Shown here one piece after another: positions 7,952 through 15,912 of a stretch of DNA of 16,975 bases (the first letter of the stretch is position 1; each line of letters starts with the position of its first letter). A program made the translations under genes and the position numbers. Location: positions 1 through 16,975 of the forward strand of contig JBBIJD010000001.1 in assembly GCA_037446135.1 (NCBI GenBank). Reading direction: 5' to 3'. The notes under the pieces were generated by a model that had not been told where the DNA came from, did no database searches, and worked only from the letters and a program-made list of their open reading frames with translations. This stretch comes from Candidatus Fraserbacteria bacterium. Its GTDB lineage: Bacteria; Bipolaricaulota; Bipolaricaulia; RBG-16-55-9; JANLFV01.

Positions 7952-8940
7952 TGCTCCCCCTTTGTTTCCATTCCCAGCATCTCCTTAACGGCCCTCAAGA
8001 GCCCCTCATAGTCGATCCCATATCGGTGGTAAAGGTCCTCGGGATAGCCGATCACCGAGTAGACATCGGGGATCCCCAGCCTCCTGAACCTGGTGGCCAA
8101 CCCTGCCTCGGCCAGGACCTCGGCCACGGCCGACCCCAGTCCGCCGATGATGTTGTGCTCCTCGGCGGTGATGATCCCCTTGGTCTCCTCGGCCGCCTTG
8201 ATCACCGCCTCCCGATCGATCGGCTTGATCGTATGCATATTGATGACCCGCAACGAGATCCCCTCCCCGGTCAGCTCATCCGCGACCTCGCAGGCCGGGA
8301 GGACGGCGACGCCGCAGGCGATGACGGTGAGGTCCTTACCATCCCGCATCAGGACCGACTTACCGATCTTGAAGCCGTAGTCCTCCTCCAGGTAGGCCAG
8401 TGGCTCGAGCCCCCGCCCGATCCGGCAATAGAGCGGCCCGGGCCAGTCGACCGAGGCCTTGACGAACTGGGCCGTCTCGATCGAGTCGGCAGGGACGACG
8501 ATCGTCATATTGGCCATCGTCCGCAAGATCCCTAGGTCCTCGGTGCAATGGTGGGTCGTCCCCGCCTGGCCGAATGATACCCCGGCATGGGTGGCGATGA
8601 TCCTCACCGGTAGGTTGGGGTAGGCGATATCTGTCCGGACGAACTCCGCGGTCCGCATCGAGGCGAAGACGGCGAAGGTCGAGACATAGGGCAACTTCCC
8701 GGAGATGGCGAACCCCGCGGCCGCGGCCATCATATTCTGCTCGGCCACCCCGAAGTTGAACGCCCGCTCGGGGAAGGCATCGAAGAAGACCCCGATCTTG
8801 GTCGAGCGGGCCAGGTCGGCCGTCAAGGCCACGATCCGCTCGTCCTTCTTGGCCAACTCCACTAGCGTCTGGCCGTAGACCTCCGTTTGAGTGAGGTCCT
8901 TGTAAAGCTCATAGACGGTGTAGCTGATCCCTTCAGCCAT
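7948..8940 (-). CDS. Transketolase family protein, C-terminal (pyrimidine-binding) subunit
   Basis: TADLARST, GVAEQNM, STFAVF, ATHAG, PADS, YCRIGR, TIKPID, EEHNIIGGLGSAVAE. Confidence 0.93.
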   Translation of the reverse strand: MAEGISYTVYELYKDLTQTEVYGQTLVELAKKDERIVALTADLARSTKIGVFFDAFPERAFNFGVAEQNMMAAAAGFAISGKLPYVSTFAVFASMRTAEFVRTDIAYPNLPVRIIATHAGVSFGQAGTTHHCTEDLGILRTMANMTIVVPADSIETAQFVKASVDWPGPLYCRIGRGLEPLAYLEEDYGFKIGKSVLMRDGKDLTVIACGVAVLPACEVADELTGEGISLRVINMHTIKPIDREAVIKAAEETKGIITAEEHNIIGGLGSAVAEVLAEAGLATRFRRLGIPDVYSVIGYPEDLYHRYGIDYEGLLRAVKEMLGMETKGEQ

Positions 8941-8946
8941 GGCCCG

Positions 8947-9813
8947 TTAGCTCCTCAGCTTCGACTTCGGCCTCAATCGCTCAATATCTTCCAAAGCTCG
9001 GCGCTCCTTCTCCGAGTCGAGCCCGCCGTAGTGCCAGGCCCCTTGGCCCTCCATGAACGAGACCCCCTTCCCCTTGATAGTTTTAGCGATCACGACCGTC
9101 GGGACCGGGCTCGTGACCGGCGGGAGGCTCTCGAACACATCGATGAGCTGGGAGAAGTCGTGGCCATCGACCTCGATGGCGTTCCAGCCGAAGGCCTCCC
9201 ACTTCCGCTTGAACGGCTCGAGGGCCATGATCTTCTCCGTCGGGCCGTCGATGCAGAACATGTTCCGGTCGACGATGGCACAGAGGTTCCCCAGCTTGTA
9301 ATGAGCCGCGGCCATCGCCGCCTCCCAGACCGAGCCTTCGTGGCACTCCCCATCTCCTAGGAGGCAATAGACTCGCCAGTTCGCCCGATCGAGTCGGCCT
9401 GAGAGAGCCACGCCGATCGCCACCCCCAGGCCGTGGCCGAGCGAGCCGGTCGACATCTCGACTCCGGGGACCTTATTCCGATCGGGGTGCATCCCGAAGG
9501 GCGAGTCGAGCCGGTTGAAGGTGGCGAGCAACTCCTCGGGGAAGAAGCCTCGATCAGCCAGGACGGGGCAGAGAGCTAAAGCGCCATGGCCCTTGCTGAG
9601 GATGAACCGATCCCGCTCTTCCCAGCGGGGGTTCTTGGGATCGATCCTCAAGATGTGGTAGTAGAGCACTACCAAGAGGTCGATCGCCGAGAGGGCCCCG
9701 CCGAGGTGGCCCCCACCGGCGATGACCGCAAGCTCGATGATCTTCCGCCGGAGGTCGGTGGCCTTGTTCTGGAGAGAGTAGATCAGCTCCTCTCTCGTCT
9801 CCGTCCGCTCCAT
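8947..9813 (-). CDS. Transketolase family protein, N-terminal (ThDP-binding) subunit
   Basis: GGHLGGALS, RDRFILSKGH, MHP, STGSLGHG, ThDP motif GDGECHEG...DRN, TIKGKG, WHYG. Start ATG 9813, just after the SCP2 stop; the ORF-track extension to 10041 overlaps the SCP2 gene. Confidence 0.93.
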   Translation of the reverse strand: MERTETREELIYSLQNKATDLRRKIIELAVIAGGGHLGGALSAIDLLVVLYYHILRIDPKNPRWEERDRFILSKGHGALALCPVLADRGFFPEELLATFNRLDSPFGMHPDRNKVPGVEMSTGSLGHGLGVAIGVALSGRLDRANWRVYCLLGDGECHEGSVWEAAMAAAHYKLGNLCAIVDRNMFCIDGPTEKIMALEPFKRKWEAFGWNAIEVDGHDFSQLIDVFESLPPVTSPVPTVVIAKTIKGKGVSFMEGQGAWHYGGLDSEKERRALEDIERLRPKSKLRS

Positions 9814-9818
9814 CTTCT

Positions 9819-10262
9819 TTATTTTAGGACCAGTTCCGGATGGCCTAGCTCGGCCAGGACCTTGGGATAGAGCCGAAAGAGCGGCCTGATCGCGGGAAGG
9901 AGGGCTAGAGCCTTCCCGACATCCCCGGAGGCGCTGATCTTCCTCGTGGCGATCGCGGTGATCGCGTTCTCCTTCCCGTGCCAGAACCGGTGAGAGAAGT
10001 CGGAGGACTGCTTCATCACCACATCGGGCTTGAGGTCGCACTCCCCGAGGTAGATGGTGGCATAGGCCCCTTCCTCCTTCGGCTTATTCTTTAGGTCGAT
10101 GGTGATCGCCCCTTCTGGGTCGGTATATTCGAACCGGACGATGATCCCCGCCTGGGCCAGCCTCTTCCCGATCTGAGGGTCGGCGCTCGCGCGCTTGAAG
10201 AGCGCCCCGAAACATTCATACATCTGCTCCGCGGTCTTGAAGTATTCTCCCAAATCTACCAC
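9819..10262 (-). CDS. SCP2 (sterol carrier protein-2) domain protein
   Basis: Pattern VRFEYTDPEGAITID...KPDVVMKQSSDFSHRFWHGKENAITAIATRKISASGDVGKALAL matches the SCP2 fold. Start GTG 10262 or TTG 10253. Confidence 0.8.
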   Translation of the reverse strand: MVDLGEYFKTAEQMYECFGALFKRASADPQIGKRLAQAGIIVRFEYTDPEGAITIDLKNKPKEEGAYATIYLGECDLKPDVVMKQSSDFSHRFWHGKENAITAIATRKISASGDVGKALALLPAIRPLFRLYPKVLAELGHPELVLK

Positions 10263-10268
10263 CTGCTT

Positions 10269-10290
10269 ATTATACTCACTGGCCAGTCAG
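10269..10290 (-). promoter_or_regulatory. -10 element and adjacent palindromic candidate operator of the SCP2-transketolase operon
   Basis: Minus strand TATAAT at 10274-10269. Near-palindrome CTcACTGGCCAGTcAG at 10275-10290. No convincing -35. Confidence 0.55.
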
Positions 10291-10310
10291 GCCCGGGATC
10301 AGGATCGATC

Positions 10311-10363
10311 GGGGAAAGGGGGGGAGCCCCAGGCCCTGTCCCGCCCTGTCCTGTGGCTCCCCC
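10311..10363 (-). terminator. Putative terminator hairpin downstream of the helical-repeat protein gene
   Basis: GGGGGAGCC (10320-10328) pairs with GGCTCCCCC (10355-10363) and is extended by CAGG/CCTG. It begins about 15 bp after the stop codon and is followed only by a short pyrimidine/U tract. Confidence 0.5.
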
Positions 10364-10377
10364 TGCAATCCCGAGCC

Positions 10378-11421
10378 TTAGGACATCATGAAGAACGCGG
10401 CCAGGGGGGCCACCGCCGCGACTGCCAGCTCCGGATGGGCGATAGTATGCGCGGCGGCGAACCTGATCAGGTCGATGCTCCCGACCGCGGGGTTTCCGGT
10501 CTTGGGGTCGACCGAGACGGCCATCATCCAGCGGAGGCCCAGGGCCTGCCCCGCCGCGAGCCGGTGCTGGCGGGTCGTGGAAAGATCAAGGGCGAGGGCC
10601 ATCAGGTCGGGGTCGGGGAGCGGCTCCATCGCCAGGGCCTCGCTCAAGGGGCCGACGGCCGCATCCCTCAGCTCCTCGCTCCCACCGGCGGTCACGAGCC
10701 CCGTGAGGGTCTCGACATCGTAGGAGACACACCCGGAGGTCACGAAGACCCTTGCAGCCGTGGCTCGGAACTCATGGGTCGGGGCATTGACCGCCAGGTC
10801 CGCGAAGACCCCGCAGACGGCCTCGCCGTAGATCACCCGAGCCAGGGAGAAGAGGAACTCCTCCACCACCCGCCCGACCGCCTCCCGGACGATCGGGTTC
10901 GAGCCGTCGACGCTGAACCCGAGCAAGGTCGCCTCACCGCCCCCGAGCACGGTCGTGATCGCTCCGACCAGTTCCTGCTCCGGCGGGAGGCCGACCACCA
11001 GGAGGGTCTGCTGGATCCGTGCGACCGCGGCGATCGCCCGGGCCAGGGCCAGCTCGGGAGTATGGGCCCTCTTTACGCTCGCGAGGAGGGCCTCGACCGA
11101 TCCTTCCTTCTCGGGATCGAGGGCCAGATAGGCCTCCACCAGGGCCGGGATCGCCGCTCCGCGGCACTCCGGCGTCGGGCCAGTCGCGATCTTCTCCAAC
11201 TGGGCCAGCTCGAACCCCGAGATCGGCAATAGATCGGCCAGGACGACGGCGGCCGCGGCCCGGACCTCGGCGATGAACTCCGGTGGCCCGCCATTACCGC
11301 AGGCAATGGCCAAAAGCTCCGTCACGGACTTGGCCTGGGCCGGCTGAGCCAGCACCAGCGCCGCCCCCAGGGCCAGGAGCACCGCTGCCACAACCCCTAA
11401 GGTCAGACCTCTCGACTCCAT
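10378..11421 (-). CDS. Secreted hypothetical protein with HEAT-like alpha-helical repeats
   Basis: GGAGGAGG SD. Sec-type signal peptide (MESRGLTLGVVAAVLLALGAALVLAQ). Recurring E-x-R-x-A-A-x-x-x-L motifs. Ala/Leu-rich. Confidence 0.75.
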   Translation of the reverse strand: MESRGLTLGVVAAVLLALGAALVLAQPAQAKSVTELLAIACGNGGPPEFIAEVRAAAAVVLADLLPISGFELAQLEKIATGPTPECRGAAIPALVEAYLALDPEKEGSVEALLASVKRAHTPELALARAIAAVARIQQTLLVVGLPPEQELVGAITTVLGGGEATLLGFSVDGSNPIVREAVGRVVEEFLFSLARVIYGEAVCGVFADLAVNAPTHEFRATAARVFVTSGCVSYDVETLTGLVTAGGSEELRDAAVGPLSEALAMEPLPDPDLMALALDLSTTRQHRLAAGQALGLRWMMAVSVDPKTGNPAVGSIDLIRFAAAHTIAHPELAVAAVAPLAAFFMMS

Positions 11422-11452
11422 GGCAACCTCCTCCGATTTTGCTTTGTGGTTA

Positions 11453-11482
11453 ATGCTACATCATAATTGAATGCCGAGTCAA
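11453..11482 (-). promoter_or_regulatory. Putative promoter for the helical-repeat gene
   Basis: Minus strand TTGACT (11482-11477), 18 bp spacer, TAGCAT (11458-11453) in an AT-rich patch. Confidence 0.45.
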
Positions 11483-11529
11483 GTCCCTCGGCCGGCGGCG
11501 AAGGCAAAGCCCGGCCTGAGCTTTGAGAT

Positions 11530-11559
11530 TTGTCCCGTCAGTCCAATCCATGGCATACT
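11530..11559 (+). promoter_or_regulatory. Putative extended -10 promoter of the rightward operon
   Basis: TTGTCC (11530-11535), 18 bp spacer ending in TGG, CATACT (11554-11559). GGAGGTGA SD at 11581-11588. Confidence 0.45.
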
Positions 11560-11594
11560 AGCCTAGCTTCCAAAGGAAGGGGAGGTGAGCAAGG

Positions 11595-12884
11595 ATGAGA
11601 ATGAAGGTCAGTCTTGTCCTAGCTTTGGGCCTGTTGCTGCTCGTGGCCCTGGGCCTGGCTCTGGCTCAAGCCCCCAACCTCGAGATCGCCGTGAGCCTGG
11701 CGGGCCGTCCGACGGATGCCCAGATCAAGGCTCTCCAAGGCGGGAAGGTGGTCGCCGTGGCCTATACTGATGTCCATGAGGTCGGGCTGGCCCGCCTTCG
11801 CCTCCAGCCCGGGAACTATGTCCTCTTGATCGACCACGGCGGGGACTTCACCGGCGAGATCGTCGAGAAGGAGGTCGCCATCCCGGCGGGCGGGGGCCTC
11901 AAGCTGGAGGTCCAGCTCGAGCGGCTCTTTGAGCCAAACTCCTGGGGCTACTACTCCGCCGATACTCACGCCCATACCAAGGAGAGTCCCGATGGGAGTA
12001 CCCCGGTGGACCAGGCCGTGGGGGTCCAGTTGGCCGCCGATTTGGACCTGGTCTTCATCAGCGACCATAACTCCGTCAAGGGGCACAGCCTCTTCGTCCG
12101 GACGGCCCAAAAGCGCGGTGTCTCGGCCATCCTGAGCGAGGAGGTCACGACCGATTGGGGTGTGATCAATATGGGCCACTTCAATGTCTACTCCCTCGCC
12201 CCCGGGATGCTGGTCAACTGGCGGGTCCCGCCGGGCCAGATCTTCCAAGAGGCCCGTCGGAAGGGGGCAAAGGTGGTCCAGGTCAACCACCCTATGTCCG
12301 GCCCATACGACTACTTCAATCTGATGGCCGATCCGCGCTGGGACCCCGGGTTCGACGCCGTCGAGGTCTGGAACGGTGAGTTCTCCCCCGAGGATGAGCT
12401 GGCGGAAGGGAAGCTCTTCTCCTTCTGGAACGAGGGGAAGAGATACACCGCGGTCGGGGCCTCCGATGACCACATGTGGGATGTCCTCGATGTGGAATAC
12501 GGCCGTCCGCGGACCTATGTCCACCTCGAGGGCGAGCTGACAGTAGAGAAGTGGCTCGAGGGGCTCCTCTCCGGCCATGCCTTCGTCACCTATGGACCGC
12601 TGATCGACCTGCGGGCTAACGGAGAATATATCCCCGGGGATACCGTAGCCTTAGGGGCGGGCCAGCCGGTCCGATTGGAAGCCAGGATCTATTCGGTTAC
12701 TCCCCTCGCCCGGGCTGAGCTCCTCAAGGACGGCGAGGTCCTCGCCTCCTTCGCCCTGGAGGGGACGGAAGGGGCGATCTCATTCGAGGATTCCCCGAAA
12801 GATGATAGCTGGTATCTCCTGCGGGTCTTCGCTCATGACGGCGATCGGGCGATGACCAACCCGATCTGGGTGGAGGTGAAGTGA
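11595..12884 (+). CDS. Secreted PHP-domain metallohydrolase (CehA/McbA-like)
   Basis: Signal peptide ending ALA-QA and a beta-rich N-terminal domain. PHP motifs ADTHAHT, SDHN, EEVT, GHFN, NHP, EVWNG, SDDH, GRPRTY, FVTYGP, and C-terminal TNPIWV. Confidence 0.85.
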   Translation: MRMKVSLVLALGLLLLVALGLALAQAPNLEIAVSLAGRPTDAQIKALQGGKVVAVAYTDVHEVGLARLRLQPGNYVLLIDHGGDFTGEIVEKEVAIPAGGGLKLEVQLERLFEPNSWGYYSADTHAHTKESPDGSTPVDQAVGVQLAADLDLVFISDHNSVKGHSLFVRTAQKRGVSAILSEEVTTDWGVINMGHFNVYSLAPGMLVNWRVPPGQIFQEARRKGAKVVQVNHPMSGPYDYFNLMADPRWDPGFDAVEVWNGEFSPEDELAEGKLFSFWNEGKRYTAVGASDDHMWDVLDVEYGRPRTYVHLEGELTVEKWLEGLLSGHAFVTYGPLIDLRANGEYIPGDTVALGAGQPVRLEARIYSVTPLARAELLKDGEVLASFALEGTEGAISFEDSPKDDSWYLLRVFAHDGDRAMTNPIWVEVK

Positions 12885-14359
12885 GGGCCATGAGTGTGAA
12901 GGAATATGGGCTCTACATCGGCGGGGAATGGGTGACTACCCCAGCTAAGTTCGAGGTGGAAAACCCGGCCAACCAGGAGATAATCGCCCGGTGCGCCGTC
13001 GCCGGGCCTGAGGAGGTGGACCAGGCGGTCGAGGCAGCCCGGAGGGCCTTTCCAGACTGGAGCGGGCGCTCATGCGATGAGCGGGGCGAGCTCCTCTCTG
13101 CGGTGGCTGCCGGGCTGAAGGAGAGATTAGAGGAGCTGGCTGAGCTGGAATCGATGGAGACCGGCCGCTGCCTCAAGGAGACCCTGGCCCACGACCTCCC
13201 CGCCACGATCAACCTCTTCCGTTACTTCGCCGGGGTGGCCGGGGCCATCTTCGGGGAGACGATCCCCGTCCCAGGGGAGTATCTCAACTACACCCGGCGG
13301 GAACCCGTAGGAGTGGTCGCGGGGATCACGCCCTGGAACTTCCCCCTCTGGCTCGGGGCGATCAAGATCGCACCGGCCCTGGCCGCGGGAAATACGATCA
13401 TCATGAAGCCCGCTTCCTTGACCCCGTTGACGACCCTGGAGCTGGCCAGGGTCATGGAGGAGGCAGGAGTTCCCCCCGGGGTCTTCAATGTGGTCACCGG
13501 CCCTGGAGGGCGGACCGGCCAGCTCCTCGCGGCCCACCCGGGAGTGGACAAGATCGCCTTCACCGGGGAGACCCTCACCGGGACGAAGATCATGGAGGCC
13601 GCGGCACGGAACATCACGAGGGTCTCGCTCGAGCTGGGGGGCAAGTCCCCCAACATCGTCTTCGCGGACTGCGACTTCGAGAAGGCCATTGCCTTCACTT
13701 TGCTCTCGATCTTCTTCGCCCAAGGGCAGATGTGCACCGCCGGCTCGCGGCTCCTGGTCGAGAAGGCCATCCACGAGGAGTTCGTCAAAGCCCTGGTCGA
13801 GCGGGCCTCCCAGATCAGGATCGGGGACCCCCTCGATCCGGGGACCGAGTTCGGCCCGCTCGCCTCGAGGGCCCAGCTCGAGAAGGTCGAACGCTATGTG
13901 GCGAAGGCCTTGGATGAGGGGGCCGAGCTCCTCCTCGGTGGGAAGCGGCCTCAAGGTGCGGAGTTCGAGAGGGGCTACTACTTCGAGCCGACGATCTTCG
14001 ACGGCGTGAAGAACGACCAGACGATCGCCAGGGAGGAGATCTTCGGCCCGGTCCTCTCCGTGATCGAGTTCGCGGACGAAGAGGAGGCCGTCGCCTTAGC
14101 CAACGATACAGAGTATGGCCTGGCCGCAGGGATCTGGACCCAGGACTTGGCCAGGGCCCACCGCGTGGCCCACCGCGTCCGGGCGGGCAAGATCTGGATC
14201 AATTGCTACAACATCTTCCCTCCGGGGGCGCCCTTCGGGGGCTTCAAGAGGAGCGGCTTCGGGAGGGAGCTGGGCCTCCACTCGCTGCTTGAGCTCTATA
14301 CCGAAATCAAGGACATCCAGGTGGACCTGGGCCGGGAATACTTCGACTGGTTCATCTAA
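12881..14359 (+). CDS. NAD(P)-dependent aldehyde dehydrogenase
   Basis: ITPWNFP, LAAGNT, KPAS, FTGET, LELGGKSP (catalytic Glu), GQMCTAGSR (catalytic Cys), EEIFGP, PFGGFKRSGFGRE. Start GTG 12881 or ATG 12890. Confidence 0.96.
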   Translation: MRAMSVKEYGLYIGGEWVTTPAKFEVENPANQEIIARCAVAGPEEVDQAVEAARRAFPDWSGRSCDERGELLSAVAAGLKERLEELAELESMETGRCLKETLAHDLPATINLFRYFAGVAGAIFGETIPVPGEYLNYTRREPVGVVAGITPWNFPLWLGAIKIAPALAAGNTIIMKPASLTPLTTLELARVMEEAGVPPGVFNVVTGPGGRTGQLLAAHPGVDKIAFTGETLTGTKIMEAAARNITRVSLELGGKSPNIVFADCDFEKAIAFTLLSIFFAQGQMCTAGSRLLVEKAIHEEFVKALVERASQIRIGDPLDPGTEFGPLASRAQLEKVERYVAKALDEGAELLLGGKRPQGAEFERGYYFEPTIFDGVKNDQTIAREEIFGPVLSVIEFADEEEAVALANDTEYGLAAGIWTQDLARAHRVAHRVRAGKIWINCYNIFPPGAPFGGFKRSGFGRELGLHSLLELYTEIKDIQVDLGREYFDWFI

Positions 14360-14365
14360 GCACCC

Positions 14366-15493
14366 ATGGAAGGAGGCCTCTTTACCTTTCATCTCCCGAC
14401 GAAGATCCTCTTCGGCCTAGGAGCGGTGGAGAACCTCGGGCCGGAGCTGGACGAGCACGGCCTGAGGTCGGCCCTCATCGTCACCGACCCTGGGGTCCGT
14501 GGGGCCGGGCTCCTCGCGAGGGTCGAGGACCAGCTCCGGGCCTACAAGATCGGATACGAGGTCTATGACAAGGTGGTGCCGAATCCTACGGTCGGGTCGA
14601 TCGAGGCAGCCCTCCCACTGGCAGAGGGGAAAGAAGCGGTGATCGGTCTCGGCGGGGGGAGCTCGCTCGATACCGCCAAGGCCCTAAATCTCCTCAAGAC
14701 TCACGGCGGGAGGGTCCTGGACTGGGAGGGGAACGAGACCGTCCCCGGCCCATGCGGGCCGCTGATCGCGATCCCCACCACTGCCGGGACGGGGAGCGAG
14801 GTGACCTTCATCGCCCAGATCACCGTCCCCGAAAGGAAGCAGAAGGTCCCGATCGTCAGCCGCTACCTCGCCCCGGACCTGGCGATCGTGGACCCCGAGC
14901 TGACGCGGAGCCTCCCGCCCAAGCTGACGGCGGCCACGGGGATGGACGCGCTAACCCATGCGATCGAGGCCTCTACCTCGATCGCCGCCCAGCCGTTAGC
15001 GGACCTTTTGGCCTTCCGGGCGATCGAGCTGATCCATGAGTTCTTGCCACGGGCGGTCAAAGATGGCACGGACATGGAGGCTAGGACAAAGATGGCCTTC
15101 GCCAGCCTCCTCGCCGGGATGGCCTTCAACAACGGCTGGGTCGCTTTGGCCCATGCGATCGCCCATGTCCTCGGCGGGCTCTTTGACCTCCCTCATGGCC
15201 TCTGCTGCGCACTGGCCCTACCGGTCGCGATGGAATACAACCTAGAGGCGAGGAGGGAGAAATATGCGAGGATCGCGGAGCTGCTCGGCGAGAGGAGCGC
15301 GGAGGGAGGGATCACGCGGATAAAGGAGCTGAATCGGGAGATCGGGCTCCCCTCCGGCCTGAGGGAGCTGGGGATCAGCGAGGATGATGTTCCGAAGATC
15401 GCCGAGCTGGCCCTCGTCGACGGCTCGATCCTCTTCAATCCCCGAGAGGTGACGGCCGAGGAGTTAGCAAAGCTGATCTACAAGATGCTATGA
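14366..15493 (+). CDS. Iron-containing alcohol dehydrogenase
   Basis: PNP, GLGGGSSLD, PTTAGTGSE, and metal-ligand motifs DALTH, HAIAH, PHG. Confidence 0.95.
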   Translation: MEGGLFTFHLPTKILFGLGAVENLGPELDEHGLRSALIVTDPGVRGAGLLARVEDQLRAYKIGYEVYDKVVPNPTVGSIEAALPLAEGKEAVIGLGGGSSLDTAKALNLLKTHGGRVLDWEGNETVPGPCGPLIAIPTTAGTGSEVTFIAQITVPERKQKVPIVSRYLAPDLAIVDPELTRSLPPKLTAATGMDALTHAIEASTSIAAQPLADLLAFRAIELIHEFLPRAVKDGTDMEARTKMAFASLLAGMAFNNGWVALAHAIAHVLGGLFDLPHGLCCALALPVAMEYNLEARREKYARIAELLGERSAEGGITRIKELNREIGLPSGLRELGISEDDVPKIAELALVDGSILFNPREVTAEELAKLIYKML

Positions 15494-15510
15494 AAAAGGA
15501 GGTGTAGAAC

Positions 15511-15912
15511 ATGGGCTTCCCATATAAGGACCCACAGGAGGCGAAGGCCTTCGTCCTGGGCTTCGTGGAGCGACTGAAGGGTGTCGAGGAGGTCTACAAG
15601 GGCTGGTCGGCCTTGAACATGGTCATCGGGATCCACATCAAGCAGCCGGACCTCGACTTCTGGGTCGATACCCGCGGTGGGGATGTCGTGGTCCGCGAGG
15701 AGCAGCCCGGGGAGGAGGGGGCCTCCCTCACCCTCACGGCTGACCTCTTCCACAGGCTTTACAGCGGCCAGGAGAACGCGATGCTCGCCTTCACTATGGG
15801 CAAGATCAAGCCCAAAGGGAAGGTGAGCGGGATCATGCAACTGACGAGGACCATGCCCAGCGCCGTCAAAGTCTACAAGGAATACCTGGCGGAGAAGGGC
15901 CTTCAGCCTTGA
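15511..15912 (+). CDS. SCP2 domain protein (second copy)
   Basis: AAAGGAGGTG SD. DFWVDTRGGDVVV...ASLTLTLTADLF-type segment, HRLYSGQENAMLAFTMGKIKPKGKV is an SCP2-type C-terminal signature. Confidence 0.8.
   Translation: MGFPYKDPQEAKAFVLGFVERLKGVEEVYKGWSALNMVIGIHIKQPDLDFWVDTRGGDVVVREEQPGEEGASLTLTADLFHRLYSGQENAMLAFTMGKIKPKGKVSGIMQLTRTMPSAVKVYKEYLAEKGLQP

Noticed and set aside
7948..9813. Annotation as housekeeping pentose-phosphate transketolase, DXP synthase or desAB
   Set aside because: The motif changes and context argue against a housekeeping role, the split architecture and motifs do not fit Dxs, and orthology to desAB cannot be shown without a search.
9814..10041. N-terminal extension of the transketolase N subunit, a possible fusion or frameshift with SCP2
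   Set aside because: It is an alternative frame over the intact SCP2 gene, which has its own stop. The ATG at 9813 gives a normal-length subunit.
10333..10351. Tandem GCCCTGTCC direct repeat
   Set aside because: Only two 9 bp copies inside a hairpin loop, too short for a CRISPR or iteron call.
10195..11232. 345 aa plus-strand ORF opposite the helical-repeat gene
   Set aside because: Antisense shadow of a GC-rich gene. The minus-strand ORF has the SD, signal peptide and realistic composition.
11619..13954. Long minus-strand ORFs (319, 275 and 166 aa) and similar antisense ORFs elsewhere, e.g. 4607-5260, 5375-6145, 7951-8535
   Set aside because: All lie opposite well-supported genes and have no recognisable motifs, as expected from stop-codon scarcity at high GC.
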